Source of the DNA: Candidatus Omnitrophota bacterium
Lineage (GTDB): Bacteria > Omnitrophota > Gorgyraeia > Tantalellales > Tantalellaceae
Direction: 5' to 3'
NCBI GenBank assembly: GCA_024277375.1
Contig: JAJRVD010000041.1
Location: 2,323 to 66,322, forward strand
Length of the DNA stretch: 64,000 bases
Under the pieces are notes generated by a model that was not told where the DNA came from, did no database searches, and worked only from the letters and a program-made list of their open reading frames with translations. Position numbers and translations under genes: made by a program. Below, one piece after another: positions 40,192 through 50,814 of the stretch. Every line of letters begins with the position of its first letter. The stretch's first letter is position 1.

Positions 40192-41502
40192 ATGAGAAAA
40201 GTGTGTACCAGAATATTGAGTATATCCGGAAACGTTGTAACGGTGAAAGCGAACGGGATAGCATATGAGGAACTTGCTGAAGTTTTAACCGCGCGCGGAA
40301 CGTCTTTGGCGCAGGTTATACGCCTTGACGGAGAGATCGTGCACCTGCAGGTGTTCGCGGGCTCACGCGGCATTTCAACCGGCGACGAAGTCCGGTTCCT
40401 GGGGCATCCTATGAAAGTAGGATTTTCAGAGAACATGTTGGGCCGCATATTTAACGGCAGCGGTGAGCCGAGAGATAATGGACCGGCGATAACCGAAAGC
40501 CTCATAGAGATCTCAGGGCCCGCGGTAAATCCTTCGAAGAGGGTTATCCCCTCGAACATGGTAAGGACCAACATTCCGATGATAGATGTTTTTAACTCTC
40601 TGGTAGAGTCGCAGAAGCTGCCCATATTTTCAGTTTCGGGAGAACCATATGATGAACTTTTGGCCAGGATCGCTTTGCAGGCGGAAGTTGATGTTATTAT
40701 TCTCGGCGGGATAGGTCTTAAGTTTGACCAGTATATGTATTTTAAAAACACGCTTGAAGAAGGCGGCGCTTTGAGTAGAACTATATTTTTTGTTCATACG
40801 GCGGCGGATCCTGTTGTTGAGGGGCTTATGATCCCGGATCTCGCTTTGGCCGTTGCCGAGAAATTCGCGCTGAGCGGGAAAAAAGTTCTGGCGCTGCTTA
40901 CTGATATGACCAACTTTGCCGACTCGATGAAAGAGATCGCCATAACAATGGAACAGGTGCCGTCTAACAGAGGGTATCCCGGAGACCTCTACAGTCAGCT
41001 CGCCGCCAGATACGAGAAAGCGGTTGATTTTGAAGGTGCCGGATCTATCACGGTACTTGCCGTTACGACGATGCCGGGTGACGATGTTACGCATCCGGTT
41101 CCCGATAACACCGGTTATATAACCGAGGGACAGTTTTATCTGAAGAATGGAAGAATAGAACCGTTCGGTTCGCTAAGCCGTTTAAAACAGCTGGTTAACG
41201 ATAAAACCCGAAGTGATCATAGGGCTATTATGGACGGGATGGTCCAGCTTTACGCGCAGTATAGAGAAGCGGAAGAAAAACGATCCATGGGTTTCAGGAT
41301 GAGCGAATGGGATAGAAAACTGTTAAAATATGGCGCGCTATTTGAACGCGGAATGATGGATCTTAAGGTAAATATCCCGCTCGAGGAGGCCCTGGACAAC
41401 GGGTGGAGGATCCTGGCGGATTGTTTTCATCCTGAAGAGACGAATTTCAGGACAGAGTTGGTCGAGGAATATTGGCCGGAAAAAGCAGTATCTAGTACGT
41501 AG
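40192..41502 (+). CDS. V/A-type ATPase subunit B
   Basis: [16 protein letters not shown] and [15 protein letters not shown] motifs. Confidence 0.96.
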   Translation: MRKVCTRILSISGNVVTVKANGIAYEELAEVLTARGTSLAQVIRLDGEIVHLQVFAGSRGISTGDEVRFLGHPMKVGFSENMLGRIFNGSGEPRDNGPAITESLIEISGPAVNPSKRVIPSNMVRTNIPMIDVFNSLVESQKLPIFSVSGEPYDELLARIALQAEVDVIILGGIGLKFDQYMYFKNTLEEGGALSRTIFFVHTAADPVVEGLMIPDLALAVAEKFALSGKKVLALLTDMTNFADSMKEIAITMEQVPSNRGYPGDLYSQLAARYEKAVDFEGAGSITVLAVTTMPGDDVTHPVPDNTGYITEGQFYLKNGRIEPFGSLSRLKQLVNDKTRSDHRAIMDGMVQLYAQYREAEEKRSMGFRMSEWDRKLLKYGALFERGMMDLKVNIPLEEALDNGWRILADCFHPEETNFRTELVEEYWPEKAVSST

Positions 41503-41531
41503 GAGCCGCCTCCGGCGGCGAACTATAAAAT

Positions 41532-41762
41532 GATGTAATTAGTTCGCGGCCCATCGGCGAAGCCGATACCGCTCCTGAGGCTGTGTCGTAATTCGTTTTG
41601 CGGATGGCCGTATACAATATATTGTAGGGGTTCGATTTGTCGAACCCGATATAACGGGCTTGATGAATCAAGCCCCTACATTCATTATGACACAGTCTGC
41701 CTACGGGATAAGATATGCAGATGTAATTAGTTCGCGGCCCATCGGCGAAGCCGATACCGCTC
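41532..41762. repeat. 43-bp direct repeat flanking MITE-A copy 6
   Basis: gatgtaattagttcgcggcccatcggcgaagccgataccgctc at 41532-41574 and 41720-41762. Confidence 0.85.
41577..41699. mobile_element. MITE-A copy 6
   Basis: Perfect CCT duplication. Removing the element restores gctcctac, the partner of gtaggagc at 41499. Confidence 0.88.
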
Positions 41763-41793
41763 ATACAGGATACGATATATAAACGGCGCAATT

Positions 41794-42402
41794 ATGGCGA
41801 AAATACGATTAACTAAAAACGAACTTAAGAAGCAGAAAGACGCCCTGAAGAGATACCGGTTGTATCTTCCTACGTTGTTATTGAAAAAGCAACAGCTTCA
41901 GGCCGAGCTTTTGAAGACACATCACGCGATGGAAGAAATAAAGCGGAAGAGAGCTTTCCTTAAAGCGGAGACATTAGAGTGGGTAGATGTTTTCGCCGAA
42001 GAAACGGGAATAGAAAATCTCATAAAGATCGACCAGATCGTTACTACAGCAGGAAACATAGCGGGGATAGACATCCCGGTTTTTGATAAGGTTAGTTTCG
42101 TCGAAGAAGAGTATGACCTGGGGAAAACCGCGCTATGGGTGGATTATGGAATAGACGAAATGAAACAAGTGGTAACGTTGAACGCTAAAATGGAAACGCT
42201 CAAGCAACAGGAAGTCCTGATAAGAGAGGAACTCAGGATCACAACGCAAAGAGTAAATCTTTTTGAGAAGGTAATGATCCCCGAGGCGTGTGAGAACATA
42301 AGGAAGATACAGATCTATCTGGGCGACATGCAGACAGCGGCGGTTGTTACGGGAAAGATCGCCAAAGATAAAATACTTAAGAAGGAACAAAGTTTGGGAT
42401 AG
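41794..42402 (+). CDS. V/A-type ATPase subunit D
   Basis: LPTLLLKK and TTQRVNLFEKVMIP motifs. Confidence 0.93.
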   Translation: MAKIRLTKNELKKQKDALKRYRLYLPTLLLKKQQLQAELLKTHHAMEEIKRKRAFLKAETLEWVDVFAEETGIENLIKIDQIVTTAGNIAGIDIPVFDKVSFVEEEYDLGKTALWVDYGIDEMKQVVTLNAKMETLKQQEVLIREELRITTQRVNLFEKVMIPEACENIRKIQIYLGDMQTAAVVTGKIAKDKILKKEQSLG

Positions 42403-42451
42403 CAAGTAGTAAGGGAAGGGAACGAAGTCGAAGGACCTAAAAGGTGAAATT

Positions 42452-44242
42452 ATGATCGAGAAGATGAAAAAGCTTACACTTCTGGTTTCCTGGAGAGACA
42501 CCGAAGGCTTTGTCGCCCGGCTTCGGGAAGTAGGCGTCGTGCACATAAAACATGTTAAAAAGCCCGCGCATCATGAGATAACCTTCATTGAGGATAAGTC
42601 TGCTAAGATCGACCACGCTATCTCTATTCTTGAGCCGTATGTTGCTCCGGGAGAGAAAAAGGAACGAAAATGTCAGAACGACAAGAAGACGCAAGAACAC
42701 GCGGACCTGGTAGCCGGATTTTTTAAGCAAAGGATCGAACTTGAAGCCCGCCAGCGTGACTTGGAAAGACATATAGAATGGTTTAAGCTCTGGGGCCGGT
42801 TCGATCCGGAGGATCTGGAGGCATTGAAACAAAAAGGTGTGCACATTAAGCTGTATAGACTTAAAAAAGAGGAATTTACCGGGATAAAAAAGGGCAAAAG
42901 TTTTTTTGTTATAAAAAAAGAAAAAGGGTTTGTTTATATAGCTACCGCGGCTTTGTCCGGCGAGGAAGGGATAGAGTTCTCTGAAATAGTTCCACCCCCC
43001 GAGGGCACCGGAAAAATGGAAGAGGAATTAACAAGCGTAAAATACAATATAGGAAAAATAGAGGATTTTTTCAAAGCGGAAGCTAAAAAAATAGTATTTT
43101 TAAAAGAATACAAAGAAAAACTTCTGGAAAAACATGAGTTCCTGAAGGTCAGGTTCGGGATGGCCGAAGAAGAAAAGTTTTCGTATCTTCAAGGCTTTTG
43201 TCCGGTAAGAGCTCTGAAAAAGATAACCTCTATGGCGAAAGAACGCGGGATCGGATATGTTGTCGAAGAACCGGATGATCCCGAGGAGACGCCGACGCTT
43301 ATTACCAATCCAAAATGGATCAGGATAGTGGAGCCTATTTTCAGTTTTATGAATACCTTGCCCGGGTATGAAGAGTTTGATATAAGTTTTGTTTTTCTGG
43401 CGTTTTTCGGATTATTCTTTTCTATGCTGATCGGGGACGCGGGGTACGGTCTGATTTTTCTCCTCGCGACATTTCTGGCCAGGCAGAAACTGAAAAAAGC
43501 ACCATCGGAGGTATTTTTCCTGATGTATGTTCTGAGTTTCGGGACCATAATCTGGGGAGCCGTCACAGGGACCTGGTTCGGAGCCGAACAAATAGCGCAA
43601 CTGCCCGTGTTCCGGGGGCTTATCGTTGAGAAGATAAGCAGCTTTGCCGGGAACAACCAGAATCTGATGATATACATATGTTTCGTTATAGGTGTTATAC
43701 ACCTGACCATAGCCCATCTTTTCATAGCCATAAAGGTGATAAATTCTTTGAAGGTCATCTCGGAGGTTGGCTGGATCATGATCCTGTGGGGAATGTTTTT
43801 TACCGCGGGTACGTTTGTTATAGGAAATGCGTTTCCGCCTCAGGCGGGGTGGCTTTTTATCGCGGGGATCGCGACGGTGCTTATATGCAGCCATCCGGAA
43901 AAAGGGATCTTAAAGGGAATATTAAGCACGATGGCGGATTTGCCGTTAAGCATTATCAGTTCTTTCTCCGACATTGTTTCTTATCTGAGGTTGTTCGCGG
44001 TCGGATATGCTTCGGTAGTTGTAGCGCAAAGCTTTAATAACATGGCCCTGAGCGGTGGACCCGTGGGTATTCTTGGGGGTATCGTCGCGGCGCTGATACT
44101 TTTTTTGGGGCACGCGTTGAATATTGTTTTAGGACTAATGGCCGTTGTGGTCCATGGCATAAGGCTGAATATGCTTGAATTCTCGGGACATCTGGGAATG
44201 CAGTGGAGCGGCAAGAAATACGAACCGTTTAAGGAGAAATAA
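42452..44242 (+). CDS. V/A-type ATPase subunit I
   Basis: GDAGYG, SDIVSYLRLFAVG and HGIRLNMLEF motifs. Confidence 0.94.
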   Translation: MIEKMKKLTLLVSWRDTEGFVARLREVGVVHIKHVKKPAHHEITFIEDKSAKIDHAISILEPYVAPGEKKERKCQNDKKTQEHADLVAGFFKQRIELEARQRDLERHIEWFKLWGRFDPEDLEALKQKGVHIKLYRLKKEEFTGIKKGKSFFVIKKEKGFVYIATAALSGEEGIEFSEIVPPPEGTGKMEEELTSVKYNIGKIEDFFKAEAKKIVFLKEYKEKLLEKHEFLKVRFGMAEEEKFSYLQGFCPVRALKKITSMAKERGIGYVVEEPDDPEETPTLITNPKWIRIVEPIFSFMNTLPGYEEFDISFVFLAFFGLFFSMLIGDAGYGLIFLLATFLARQKLKKAPSEVFFLMYVLSFGTIIWGAVTGTWFGAEQIAQLPVFRGLIVEKISSFAGNNQNLMIYICFVIGVIHLTIAHLFIAIKVINSLKVISEVGWIMILWGMFFTAGTFVIGNAFPPQAGWLFIAGIATVLICSHPEKGILKGILSTMADLPLSIISSFSDIVSYLRLFAVGYASVVVAQSFNNMALSGGPVGILGGIVAALILFLGHALNIVLGLMAVVVHGIRLNMLEFSGHLGMQWSGKKYEPFKEK

Positions 44243-44283
44243 ATAGTTTTGGTAGCAATGCAAGTAACCGTAGGAGCGGCCTC

Positions 44284-44404
44284 TGGCCGCATACAATATA
44301 TTGTAGGGGTTCGATTTGTCGAACCCGATATAACGGGCTTGATGAATCAAGCCCCTACATTATGACACAGTCTGGTTGAAAAAACAGCGTTTTGCATGAG
44401 TCTA
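44284..44404. mobile_element. MITE-A copy 7 (one end lost) plus element-B end
   Basis: tggccgcatacaatatattgtagggg...ttatgacacagtctg, then gttgaaaaaacagcgttttgcatgagtcta. Confidence 0.8.
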
Positions 44405-44432
44405 TAATTTATAACTGGATAAGGAGGTAAAT

Positions 44433-44870
44433 ATGGTTTCAGGATTAGGTGACATGGGGCTTTCGTTGACATTCGCGGCGATAGGGTCGGCTTTGGGTAC
44501 GGGCGCGGCGGGAATGGCCGCTATCGGGGCGTGGAAAAAGGCGTTTTTACAGAACAAGATGGCGCCGTTCATTCTTATCGCGTTTGTGGGAGCTCCTTTA
44601 TCTCAAACCATTTATGGCATGATATTGAGGAATGCGATACAAAGCGCGAATTTGCCGGCCGAAACGTATCCTTTTCAGATGGTTTTAGGTCTGGCTGCGG
44701 GGTTGGCCATGGGAGTATCGGCCTGGATGCAGGGAAAAGCGGGTGCTTCGGCGGCAGACGCGTTGGGTGAAACCGGTAAAGGGTTTGGTAACTATATTAT
44801 GGTTCTCGGGGTTATCGAGACAGTGGCCCTCTTTGTCATGGTATTCGCTATGACGGCGTTGCCAAAATAA
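44433..44870 (+). CDS. V/A-type ATPase subunit K (proteolipid), probably Na+-coupled
   Basis: Four TM helices; PLSQTIYG and IETVALF resemble the NtpK Na+ site. Confidence 0.9.
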   Translation: MVSGLGDMGLSLTFAAIGSALGTGAAGMAAIGAWKKAFLQNKMAPFILIAFVGAPLSQTIYGMILRNAIQSANLPAETYPFQMVLGLAAGLAMGVSAWMQGKAGASAADALGETGKGFGNYIMVLGVIETVALFVMVFAMTALPK

Positions 44871-44942
44871 CAATAGAGAGAAAATAGTTGCAAATGACAG
44901 AAGGATTTTGTACAATATCCAACACTGTTAGGGCTATTGCGC

Positions 44943-45020
44943 GTCCCCATCGTCTAGCCCGGTCTAGGACACCAGATTTTCATTCTGGCGACAGGGGTTC
45001 GAATCCCCTTGGGGATGCCA
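44943..45020 (+). tRNA. tRNA-Glu (TTC)
   Basis: GTCCCCA...CCAGA TT TTC AT TCTGG...GGTTCGAATCC...TGGGGATGCCA; upstream TTGCAA-17-TACAAT promoter. Confidence 0.95.
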
Positions 45021-45033
45021 ATTTTTGCGTATG

Positions 45034-45076
45034 AAAAAGGGCCTCTCCCGACGTATAATAAGGAGAGGCCCTTTTT
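45034..45076 (+). terminator. Terminator after tRNA-Glu
   Basis: aaaaagggcctctcc...ggagaggcccttttt. Confidence 0.75.
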
Positions 45077-45111
45077 GTTGAAGGTTGGGGCGCGTATTGC
45101 AAGGTGCCCCT

Positions 45112-45672
45112 ATGATGACGAACAAGCGGGAAGCAAATATGGACGTTGAACAATTTTGGGAAAAAGCACAGGACAAGACTGAGGTTGTACGAGGTCGCGT
45201 AAAAGGGCTCGCGCCTTTTGCCGCGACAGAGGTGCCGTATATTTTTCTTGGTGAGTCTGTTGTGAATGAAGGGCATACTGTTGTCCGGAAGGGAAAGGTT
45301 ATAGTTGAAAGGCCGATAATAGTTCTGCCTGAAAACATGCCTCAATTTGAAGGGTTCGATTTTGAAGAAGAGATGGAAATTGAACAAGACGTTGTGCAGA
45401 TGTTCTTTTTGATGCGAGGCATAAGGTTCCCGTCGCTTAAATATAACAACACCGTAGAAGATCTTGATCTTGAAGAGGAGTCTCTCGCGAAGACCGCAAA
45501 AAAACAAAAAAAAATACTCGAAAGAGAAGAAAATGTACAGACAGCACTGATCCTTGGACCGGAAGACTGCTGGCAATTTTCCATTCTTCTCTATATGGCG
45601 TCTTTGATAGGTCGTTCAGCGCGAGCAGACATAATGAACTTGCTGGATGACAGATATAAAGGGACCCTATAA
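45112..45672 (+). CDS. Hypothetical protein upstream of glmS
   Basis: Coherent ORF ending 3 nt before glmS; start codon uncertain (45112 or 45139). Confidence 0.7.
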   Translation: MMTNKREANMDVEQFWEKAQDKTEVVRGRVKGLAPFAATEVPYIFLGESVVNEGHTVVRKGKVIVERPIIVLPENMPQFEGFDFEEEMEIEQDVVQMFFLMRGIRFPSLKYNNTVEDLDLEEESLAKTAKKQKKILEREENVQTALILGPEDCWQFSILLYMASLIGRSARADIMNLLDDRYKGTL

Positions 45673-45675
45673 ACT

Positions 45676-47532
45676 ATGTGCGGCATTATAGGATACACAG
45701 GTAAAAAAGAAGTTTCGAAGATCCTCGTCAAAGGTCTATCCCGACTGGAATATCGCGGTTATGACTCAGCGGGCATTGCCGTTCTGGCAAAAGAAAAAAT
45801 ACGAATAAGAAAGAAAAAAGGAAAACTTTCCGTTCTTCGCGATGATCTGAAACGTGTCCCGATAGAAGGGCATGTTGGAATCGGTCACACCAGATGGGCG
45901 ACACATGGCGTACCGAATGACGTTAACGCGCATCCTCACGCGGACGGAGAACATTCGGTAGCTGTTGTTCATAACGGCATTATCGAGAACTACCGGGAGA
46001 TAAAAGAAAACCTTAAAAAGAAAGGGTACGACTTTCTTTCCGACACCGACAGTGAAGTGTTCGCTCATCTGATCTCCGACAATTATAACGGAGACCTGTG
46101 TGAGGCGGTAAAGACATCCATTAAAGAGATCAAGGGGTCTTATGCCATAGCCGCTATGCACAAGAACGAACCGGACAGGATAATAGGGGCAAGAATGGAT
46201 AGCCCGTTGGTGGTGGGTGTAGGAGAAGATGAAACTTTTCTGGCAAGCGATATTCCCGCTATTCTGGATTACACAAAAGATGTGATATATATTGAAAACG
46301 GCGACATTGTAGATCTTTCGGGAAACGTGTGTTCAATATATGATTCTGACGGTCAAAAAGTAGAGCGGGACATGGTGAAAATAAAGTGGGATATATCGCA
46401 AGCGGAAAAAGGCGGGTATAAACATTTTATGCTTAAAGAGATCTTCGAGCAGCCGAAAGTATTGCATGATATCTTTAAAGAAAGGATCATTGGCGATTCT
46501 GTCGCGTTCGAAGAGTTGGTTATCGACGAGGGAGTTCTTAAGGGGATAAAAAATATCGCGATAATCGCTTGCGGAACGGCGTATCACGCGGGTCTTACCG
46601 GAAAATATATACTCGAAAAACATACAAGAATTCCCGTCTGGGTCGACACCTCAAGCGAGTTCAGATATCGCGATCCGTTGGTCGGTGAAAATACGTTAGT
46701 TGTTGTTGTCTCGCAGTCCGGGGAAACCGCTGATACCCTCGCGGCGCTGAGGGAAGCAAAAAGCCGGGGCTCTAAAGTTCTCGCGATATGTAATGTTCTT
46801 GGCAGTTCTATCGCCAGGGAAGCGGACGGTGTTATTTATACACACGCCGGACCCGAAATAGCGGTCGCTTCCACTAAGGCGTATACGGCACAGCTTGCTA
46901 TATTGTATTTGTTCGCGTATTACCTTGCCGAGGTTCGGGGAGACTCGCAAGAGCACGACAAAAACTTCCTGAAAGAACTTAAAAAACTTCCAGCTAGCGC
47001 CGAAAAAATATTGCGACAGTATCACACCGACGAAAACATTCTTGAAAAATACGCCGGTGAATTTCATGAATATTACCTGGCGCGGAACAACAAAAGCTGT
47101 TTTCTTTATCTCGCGCGAAATGTAAATTATCCGAATGCTCTTGAGGGAGCGCTTAAGCTGAAAGAGATCTCATATGTAAGTGCCGAAGGTTACCCCGCGG
47201 GGGAAATGAAACACGGTCCGATCGCGCTTATTGACGAGAACCCCTGGGTTGTTTGTATCGCGGTAGAAGCAGACACTTATGAGAAAATGCTTTCGAATAT
47301 ACAGGAGATCAAGGCGCGCGGCGGACTTGTGATAGCGATAACAACAGAAGGCGATACTGAGATCAAGGGCATTGACGTTAATTACAATATAAGAGTGCCT
47401 CGGGTTCCCGAGATGTTTTCTCCGATCCTTGTAATCGTTCCTCTCCAGCTTTTGGCGTATTTCATAGCCGCGGAATTCGGCTATGACATAGACCAACCGC
47501 GCAATCTGGCTAAATCTGTAACGGTAGAATAA
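45676..47532 (+). CDS. glmS: Glutamine-fructose-6-phosphate transaminase
   Basis: MCGI, LEYRGYDSAG, GHTRWATHG, SQSGETADT and PRNLAKSVTVE motifs. Confidence 0.98.
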   Translation: MCGIIGYTGKKEVSKILVKGLSRLEYRGYDSAGIAVLAKEKIRIRKKKGKLSVLRDDLKRVPIEGHVGIGHTRWATHGVPNDVNAHPHADGEHSVAVVHNGIIENYREIKENLKKKGYDFLSDTDSEVFAHLISDNYNGDLCEAVKTSIKEIKGSYAIAAMHKNEPDRIIGARMDSPLVVGVGEDETFLASDIPAILDYTKDVIYIENGDIVDLSGNVCSIYDSDGQKVERDMVKIKWDISQAEKGGYKHFMLKEIFEQPKVLHDIFKERIIGDSVAFEELVIDEGVLKGIKNIAIIACGTAYHAGLTGKYILEKHTRIPVWVDTSSEFRYRDPLVGENTLVVVVSQSGETADTLAALREAKSRGSKVLAICNVLGSSIAREADGVIYTHAGPEIAVASTKAYTAQLAILYLFAYYLAEVRGDSQEHDKNFLKELKKLPASAEKILRQYHTDENILEKYAGEFHEYYLARNNKSCFLYLARNVNYPNALEGALKLKEISYVSAEGYPAGEMKHGPIALIDENPWVVCIAVEADTYEKMLSNIQEIKARGGLVIAITTEGDTEIKGIDVNYNIRVPRVPEMFSPILVIVPLQLLAYFIAAEFGYDIDQPRNLAKSVTVE

Positions 47533-47613
47533 TTTGTCGTTCGTATCTCGTATTTCGTGGGTTTGGGCTAAACATTCGTCATTGCGAGGAACGAGATTGC
47601 TTCACCTGTCATT

Positions 47614-47732
47614 CAGGTTGTGTCATAACGTAGGGGCTTGATTTATCAAGCCCGTTATATCGGGTTCGATAAATCGAACCCGATATAATATGTTGTATGC
47701 AGTCCTTCACAAGGTGATTTGCGACACAGCCG
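47614..47732. mobile_element. MITE-A copy 8 (variant right arm)
   Basis: 119 bp, directly after gtcattgcgaggaacgagattgcttcacctgtcatt. Confidence 0.85.
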
Positions 47733-47768
47733 GAAGGATAGGGATGTCGTACAAGGGATAACGAAAAA

Positions 47769-48443
47769 ATGAAAGCAGGCACACTTTATATCGTAAGCAC
47801 TCCTATCGGCAACCTTGAAGACATAACGTTCAGGGCCGTACGCGTTCTGAAAGAAGTCGATCTCATCGCGGCCGAAGACACTCGGCGAGCAAAGATACTT
47901 TTGAATAATTACGGGATCTCGACACCTCTTACAAGTTATCATTCGTACAATCTAAAACTTAAAACTTCTCGACTTGTAGATAAACTCCGTGAAGGTAAAG
48001 ATATCGCGCTTGTTTCCGATTAGGGAACACCGGGGATATCCGATCCGGGAAGTGTTTTTGTGTCAGAGTGTATCTCTAATGATATTTCCGTCACAACGCT
48101 TCCGGGGCCGACAGCATTTGTCGCGGCACTGGTTTTATCCGGCATGCCGACACATAAAGTTGTTTTTGAGGGCTTTCTTTCTAACAAGAAGGCCAGGCGT
48201 CGTAAACAGCTGGAAAACTTAAAAAATGAAGATAGAACAGTTGTGTTATATGAATCTCCTCATAGATTGGTAAAATTTCTGCAGGATTTTCTGGATATCT
48301 ATGGAGACAGAGAGATCGCGATCGCCCGTGAGATCACCAAAAAGTTTGAAGAGGTCAGAAGAGCAAAGGCCGGTATACAACTTGAGTATTTTACGGACAA
48401 TAAGCCTCGAGGGGAATTTGTTATGGTATTTCAAAGCGATTAG
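47769..48443 (+). pseudogene. rsmI: 16S rRNA C1402 2'-O-methyltransferase with one in-frame TAG (pseudogene or sequence error)
   Basis: TPIGNLEDIT.RA, AEDTR, then ALVSD*GTPGISDPG, YESPHR and REITKKFEE, all in one frame. Confidence 0.88.
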
Positions 48444-48522
48444 ACGTTAGTGTAATAGTAATCATTGACTTTTTATTGCTAATTGTTACAATATAGGGTG
48501 CGTCAGGACGATATAATTTATG

Positions 48523-48550
48523 GTAGGGGCACGGCATGCCGTGCCCCTAC
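48523..48550. repeat. GTAG-type REP-like palindrome
   Basis: gtaggggcacggcatgccgtgcccctac, a perfect palindrome. Confidence 0.85.
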
Positions 48551-48580
48551 TTTAATATTTGATAAAATGGAAGGTGAAAA

Positions 48581-49078
48581 ATGAATAATCAAACGTTGAT
48601 ATTAATAAAACCGGATGGATTGACAAAATCTTTGACCGGGAACGTTCTGTCGCGTCTTTCAGAGACGAAACTGGACATTGTGGGCGCGCGCATGGTGCAG
48701 GTTTCCCGCGAACTCGCCGAGGAGCATTACAGGGAACTAAAGGATAAGCCTTTTTTTGATGACCTGGTAAAGTACATAATGGGCGAGTATCATAAGAAAA
48801 AGGTAATGGCTCTTGTGTATTACGGGGAAAACGCGATCAGCAAAGTAAGGGAAATATGCGGGAAAACCAATCCAGAAGAAGCGGATTCCGTCTCGATAAG
48901 GGGTGCTTATGGAAGGATAACCACCGCGGGCGTTTATGAGAACGTCATGCATGCTTCGGCTAACCCCCAAGACGCTGAACGCGAAATTAAACTGTGGTTC
49001 ACCCCGGATGAAATCATAGCGGACATTTATTCTACGATTGAAGTCGAAGAACAAACAAAAACACTTAAATGGCAATAA
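48581..49078 (+). CDS. ndk: Nucleoside diphosphate kinase
   Basis: TLILIKPDG, G.TNP..A...SIRG.YG, NVMHAS and AEREIKLWF motifs. Confidence 0.93.
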   Translation: MNNQTLILIKPDGLTKSLTGNVLSRLSETKLDIVGARMVQVSRELAEEHYRELKDKPFFDDLVKYIMGEYHKKKVMALVYYGENAISKVREICGKTNPEEADSVSIRGAYGRITTAGVYENVMHASANPQDAEREIKLWFTPDEIIADIYSTIEVEEQTKTLKWQ

Positions 49079-49109
49079 CCCATTTAATACAAGAAAAAAC
49101 GGAATTATT

Positions 49110-49994
49110 ATGATCAGATCAATGACGGGGTTCGGCAAAGGTACCTCAAAAGGAAAAGCAGGTGATATTACCGCGGAGATAAAAACGCTTAACCATAAAA
49201 GTCTGGGCATTTCCTGTACGCCGTTTAATGATTTTTTTCTTCTGGATGAAAAAGTGGCAAAGGTGCTTGGCAAAAAGATATTCAGAGGAAAGGTGTTCGT
49301 AAAGATATCGAGAGAGAGCGCGGCAGGCCAGAAAAGCGTGCAGAAAATAACGGTTAATGAAGACAAAGCCGCGAAATATCTCGCTAAAATAAAAAAGATC
49401 CAAAAAAAACTTGGCGTTAAAGGCGAGATCCGGATACAAGACATAATAAACTTCCCCGGGATCGTAGAGGTCAAGGTCGAGAAGAAAAAAGAAAACCTGT
49501 GGCCCGATATAAATAAAGCGCTCAATAAGGCGCTCATTCAGCTGATGGAGTACAGATCCAAAGAAGGCGTACGTCTGGCGAAAGATTTTAATAAGCGTTT
49601 GATCACGATCAAGAAAAATCTTGTAACGGTGAAAAAAGCTGAAAAACAATGTGTTAGTGAATATCGCAAAAAATTAACGGCATCCATCAGAGAGATGGCC
49701 ATAAAGCCTGACATTGACAAGGGAAAGCTCGAGACAGAAGTCGCTCTTTTCGCGCGGAACTGTGATATAGCTGAAGAGGTAACCCGCCTGGAGAGCAATA
49801 TAACGGCTTATAAAGATACTATGAAAAATAAGGAAACTTACGCGGGGAAGAAGCTGGATTTTATAGCTCAGGAAATGCAGAGAGAAGTGAATACGATAGG
49901 GGCAAAGTCCAGCGATCATAGGATATCCAAAGCTGTGATCGAGATGAAAAGCGAGATCGAAAAGATCCGCGAACAAATTAAAAACATAGAATAA
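49110..49994 (+). CDS. yicC: YicC/YloC family endoribonuclease
   Basis: MIRSMTGFG, DIAEEVTRL, GKKLDF..QEM.RE.NTIGAK and EKIREQ..NIE motifs. Confidence 0.92.
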   Translation: MIRSMTGFGKGTSKGKAGDITAEIKTLNHKSLGISCTPFNDFFLLDEKVAKVLGKKIFRGKVFVKISRESAAGQKSVQKITVNEDKAAKYLAKIKKIQKKLGVKGEIRIQDIINFPGIVEVKVEKKKENLWPDINKALNKALIQLMEYRSKEGVRLAKDFNKRLITIKKNLVTVKKAEKQCVSEYRKKLTASIREMAIKPDIDKGKLETEVALFARNCDIAEEVTRLESNITAYKDTMKNKETYAGKKLDFIAQEMQREVNTIGAKSSDHRISKAVIEMKSEIEKIREQIKNIE

Positions 49995-50003
49995 GCCGGA
50001 AAC

Positions 50004-50606
50004 ATGATGAGAGAAAGAAAACCACTTATGATCGTTGTTTCCGCGCCTTCAGGAGGAGGGAAGACAACGATAGTTGAGAGTCTTCTGAGGAAGGTATCGG
50101 ACATAACGCGTTCTGTCTCCGTTACTACCAGGGCTCCTCGTCCAGGCGAAAAAGATAAAGAAGATTATATCTTTGTCTCCGGTGAAGAGTTTAAGAAAAG
50201 AATCGAAGAGGGTGACTTTCTTGAGTGGGAAGAGAACTTTGAAAATTACTACGGTACTTCCGAAACACAAATAAAAGAGGCGTTGTCTTGCGGTAAAGAT
50301 GTTGTATTGTGCATAGACGTCAAAGGCGCGAGAACAGTTAAAGAAAAGTTCCCGGAAAGCCTCAGCGTATTCATAATGCCGCCATCGATAGAAGAGCTGA
50401 AAGATAGGCTGGAAAAAAGAGACGCGGATCATCCCGAGCAGGTAGCCTTGCGATTGGAAGAGGCAAAAAAAGAAATAGAAGCCGCTGACGAATATGATTA
50501 TATGGTTGTGAACGAAGAACTGGAAAAGGCGGAGAAAGAACTTGTGGCAATTGTAGAGAGCGCGAGAAGAAATAGCATAACAAGCGAACAAAAAAACGAG
50601 GCATAA
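50004..50606 (+). CDS. gmk: Guanylate kinase
   Basis: SAPSGGGKTT, SVTTRAPRPGE and YYGT motifs. Confidence 0.95.
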   Translation: MMRERKPLMIVVSAPSGGGKTTIVESLLRKVSDITRSVSVTTRAPRPGEKDKEDYIFVSGEEFKKRIEEGDFLEWEENFENYYGTSETQIKEALSCGKDVVLCIDVKGARTVKEKFPESLSVFIMPPSIEELKDRLEKRDADHPEQVALRLEEAKKEIEAADEYDYMVVNEELEKAEKELVAIVESARRNSITSEQKNEA

Positions 50607-50797
50607 TGGAACAAATGGCACGCGATGAATTGTTGAAGAAAGTGGGGAGTGTTTACAAGTTATGTAACCTGGCGGCAATGAGAGCTATGGAGCTTAATTC
50701 CGGCATGAAGAGGTTGACGGATTCATTCCCGAACGAGAAGGTTACAACTATAGCCCTGAGAGAGATAGCGGAAGATAAAGTTTCACTGCAAAAATAG
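50606..50797 (+). CDS. rpoZ: RNA polymerase omega subunit
   Basis: S.YKL...AA.RA.EL...K..TIALREI pattern; synteny gmk-rpoZ-coaBC. Confidence 0.88.
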   Translation: MEQMARDELLKKVGSVYKLCNLAAMRAMELNSGMKRLTDSFPNEKVTTIALREIAEDKVSLQK

Positions 50798-50814
50798 GCT
50801 TAGGATAAATTCTA

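Noticed and set aside
39429-40751. 440-aa minus-strand ORF and other long antisense ORFs (e.g. 4818-5603, 11117-11926)
   Set aside because: They are shadows of well-supported genes on the opposite strand and carry no motifs.
45021-45675. glmS ribozyme
   Set aside because: The region upstream of glmS is occupied by a coding ORF ending 3 nt before the ATG, and I recognised no ribozyme core.
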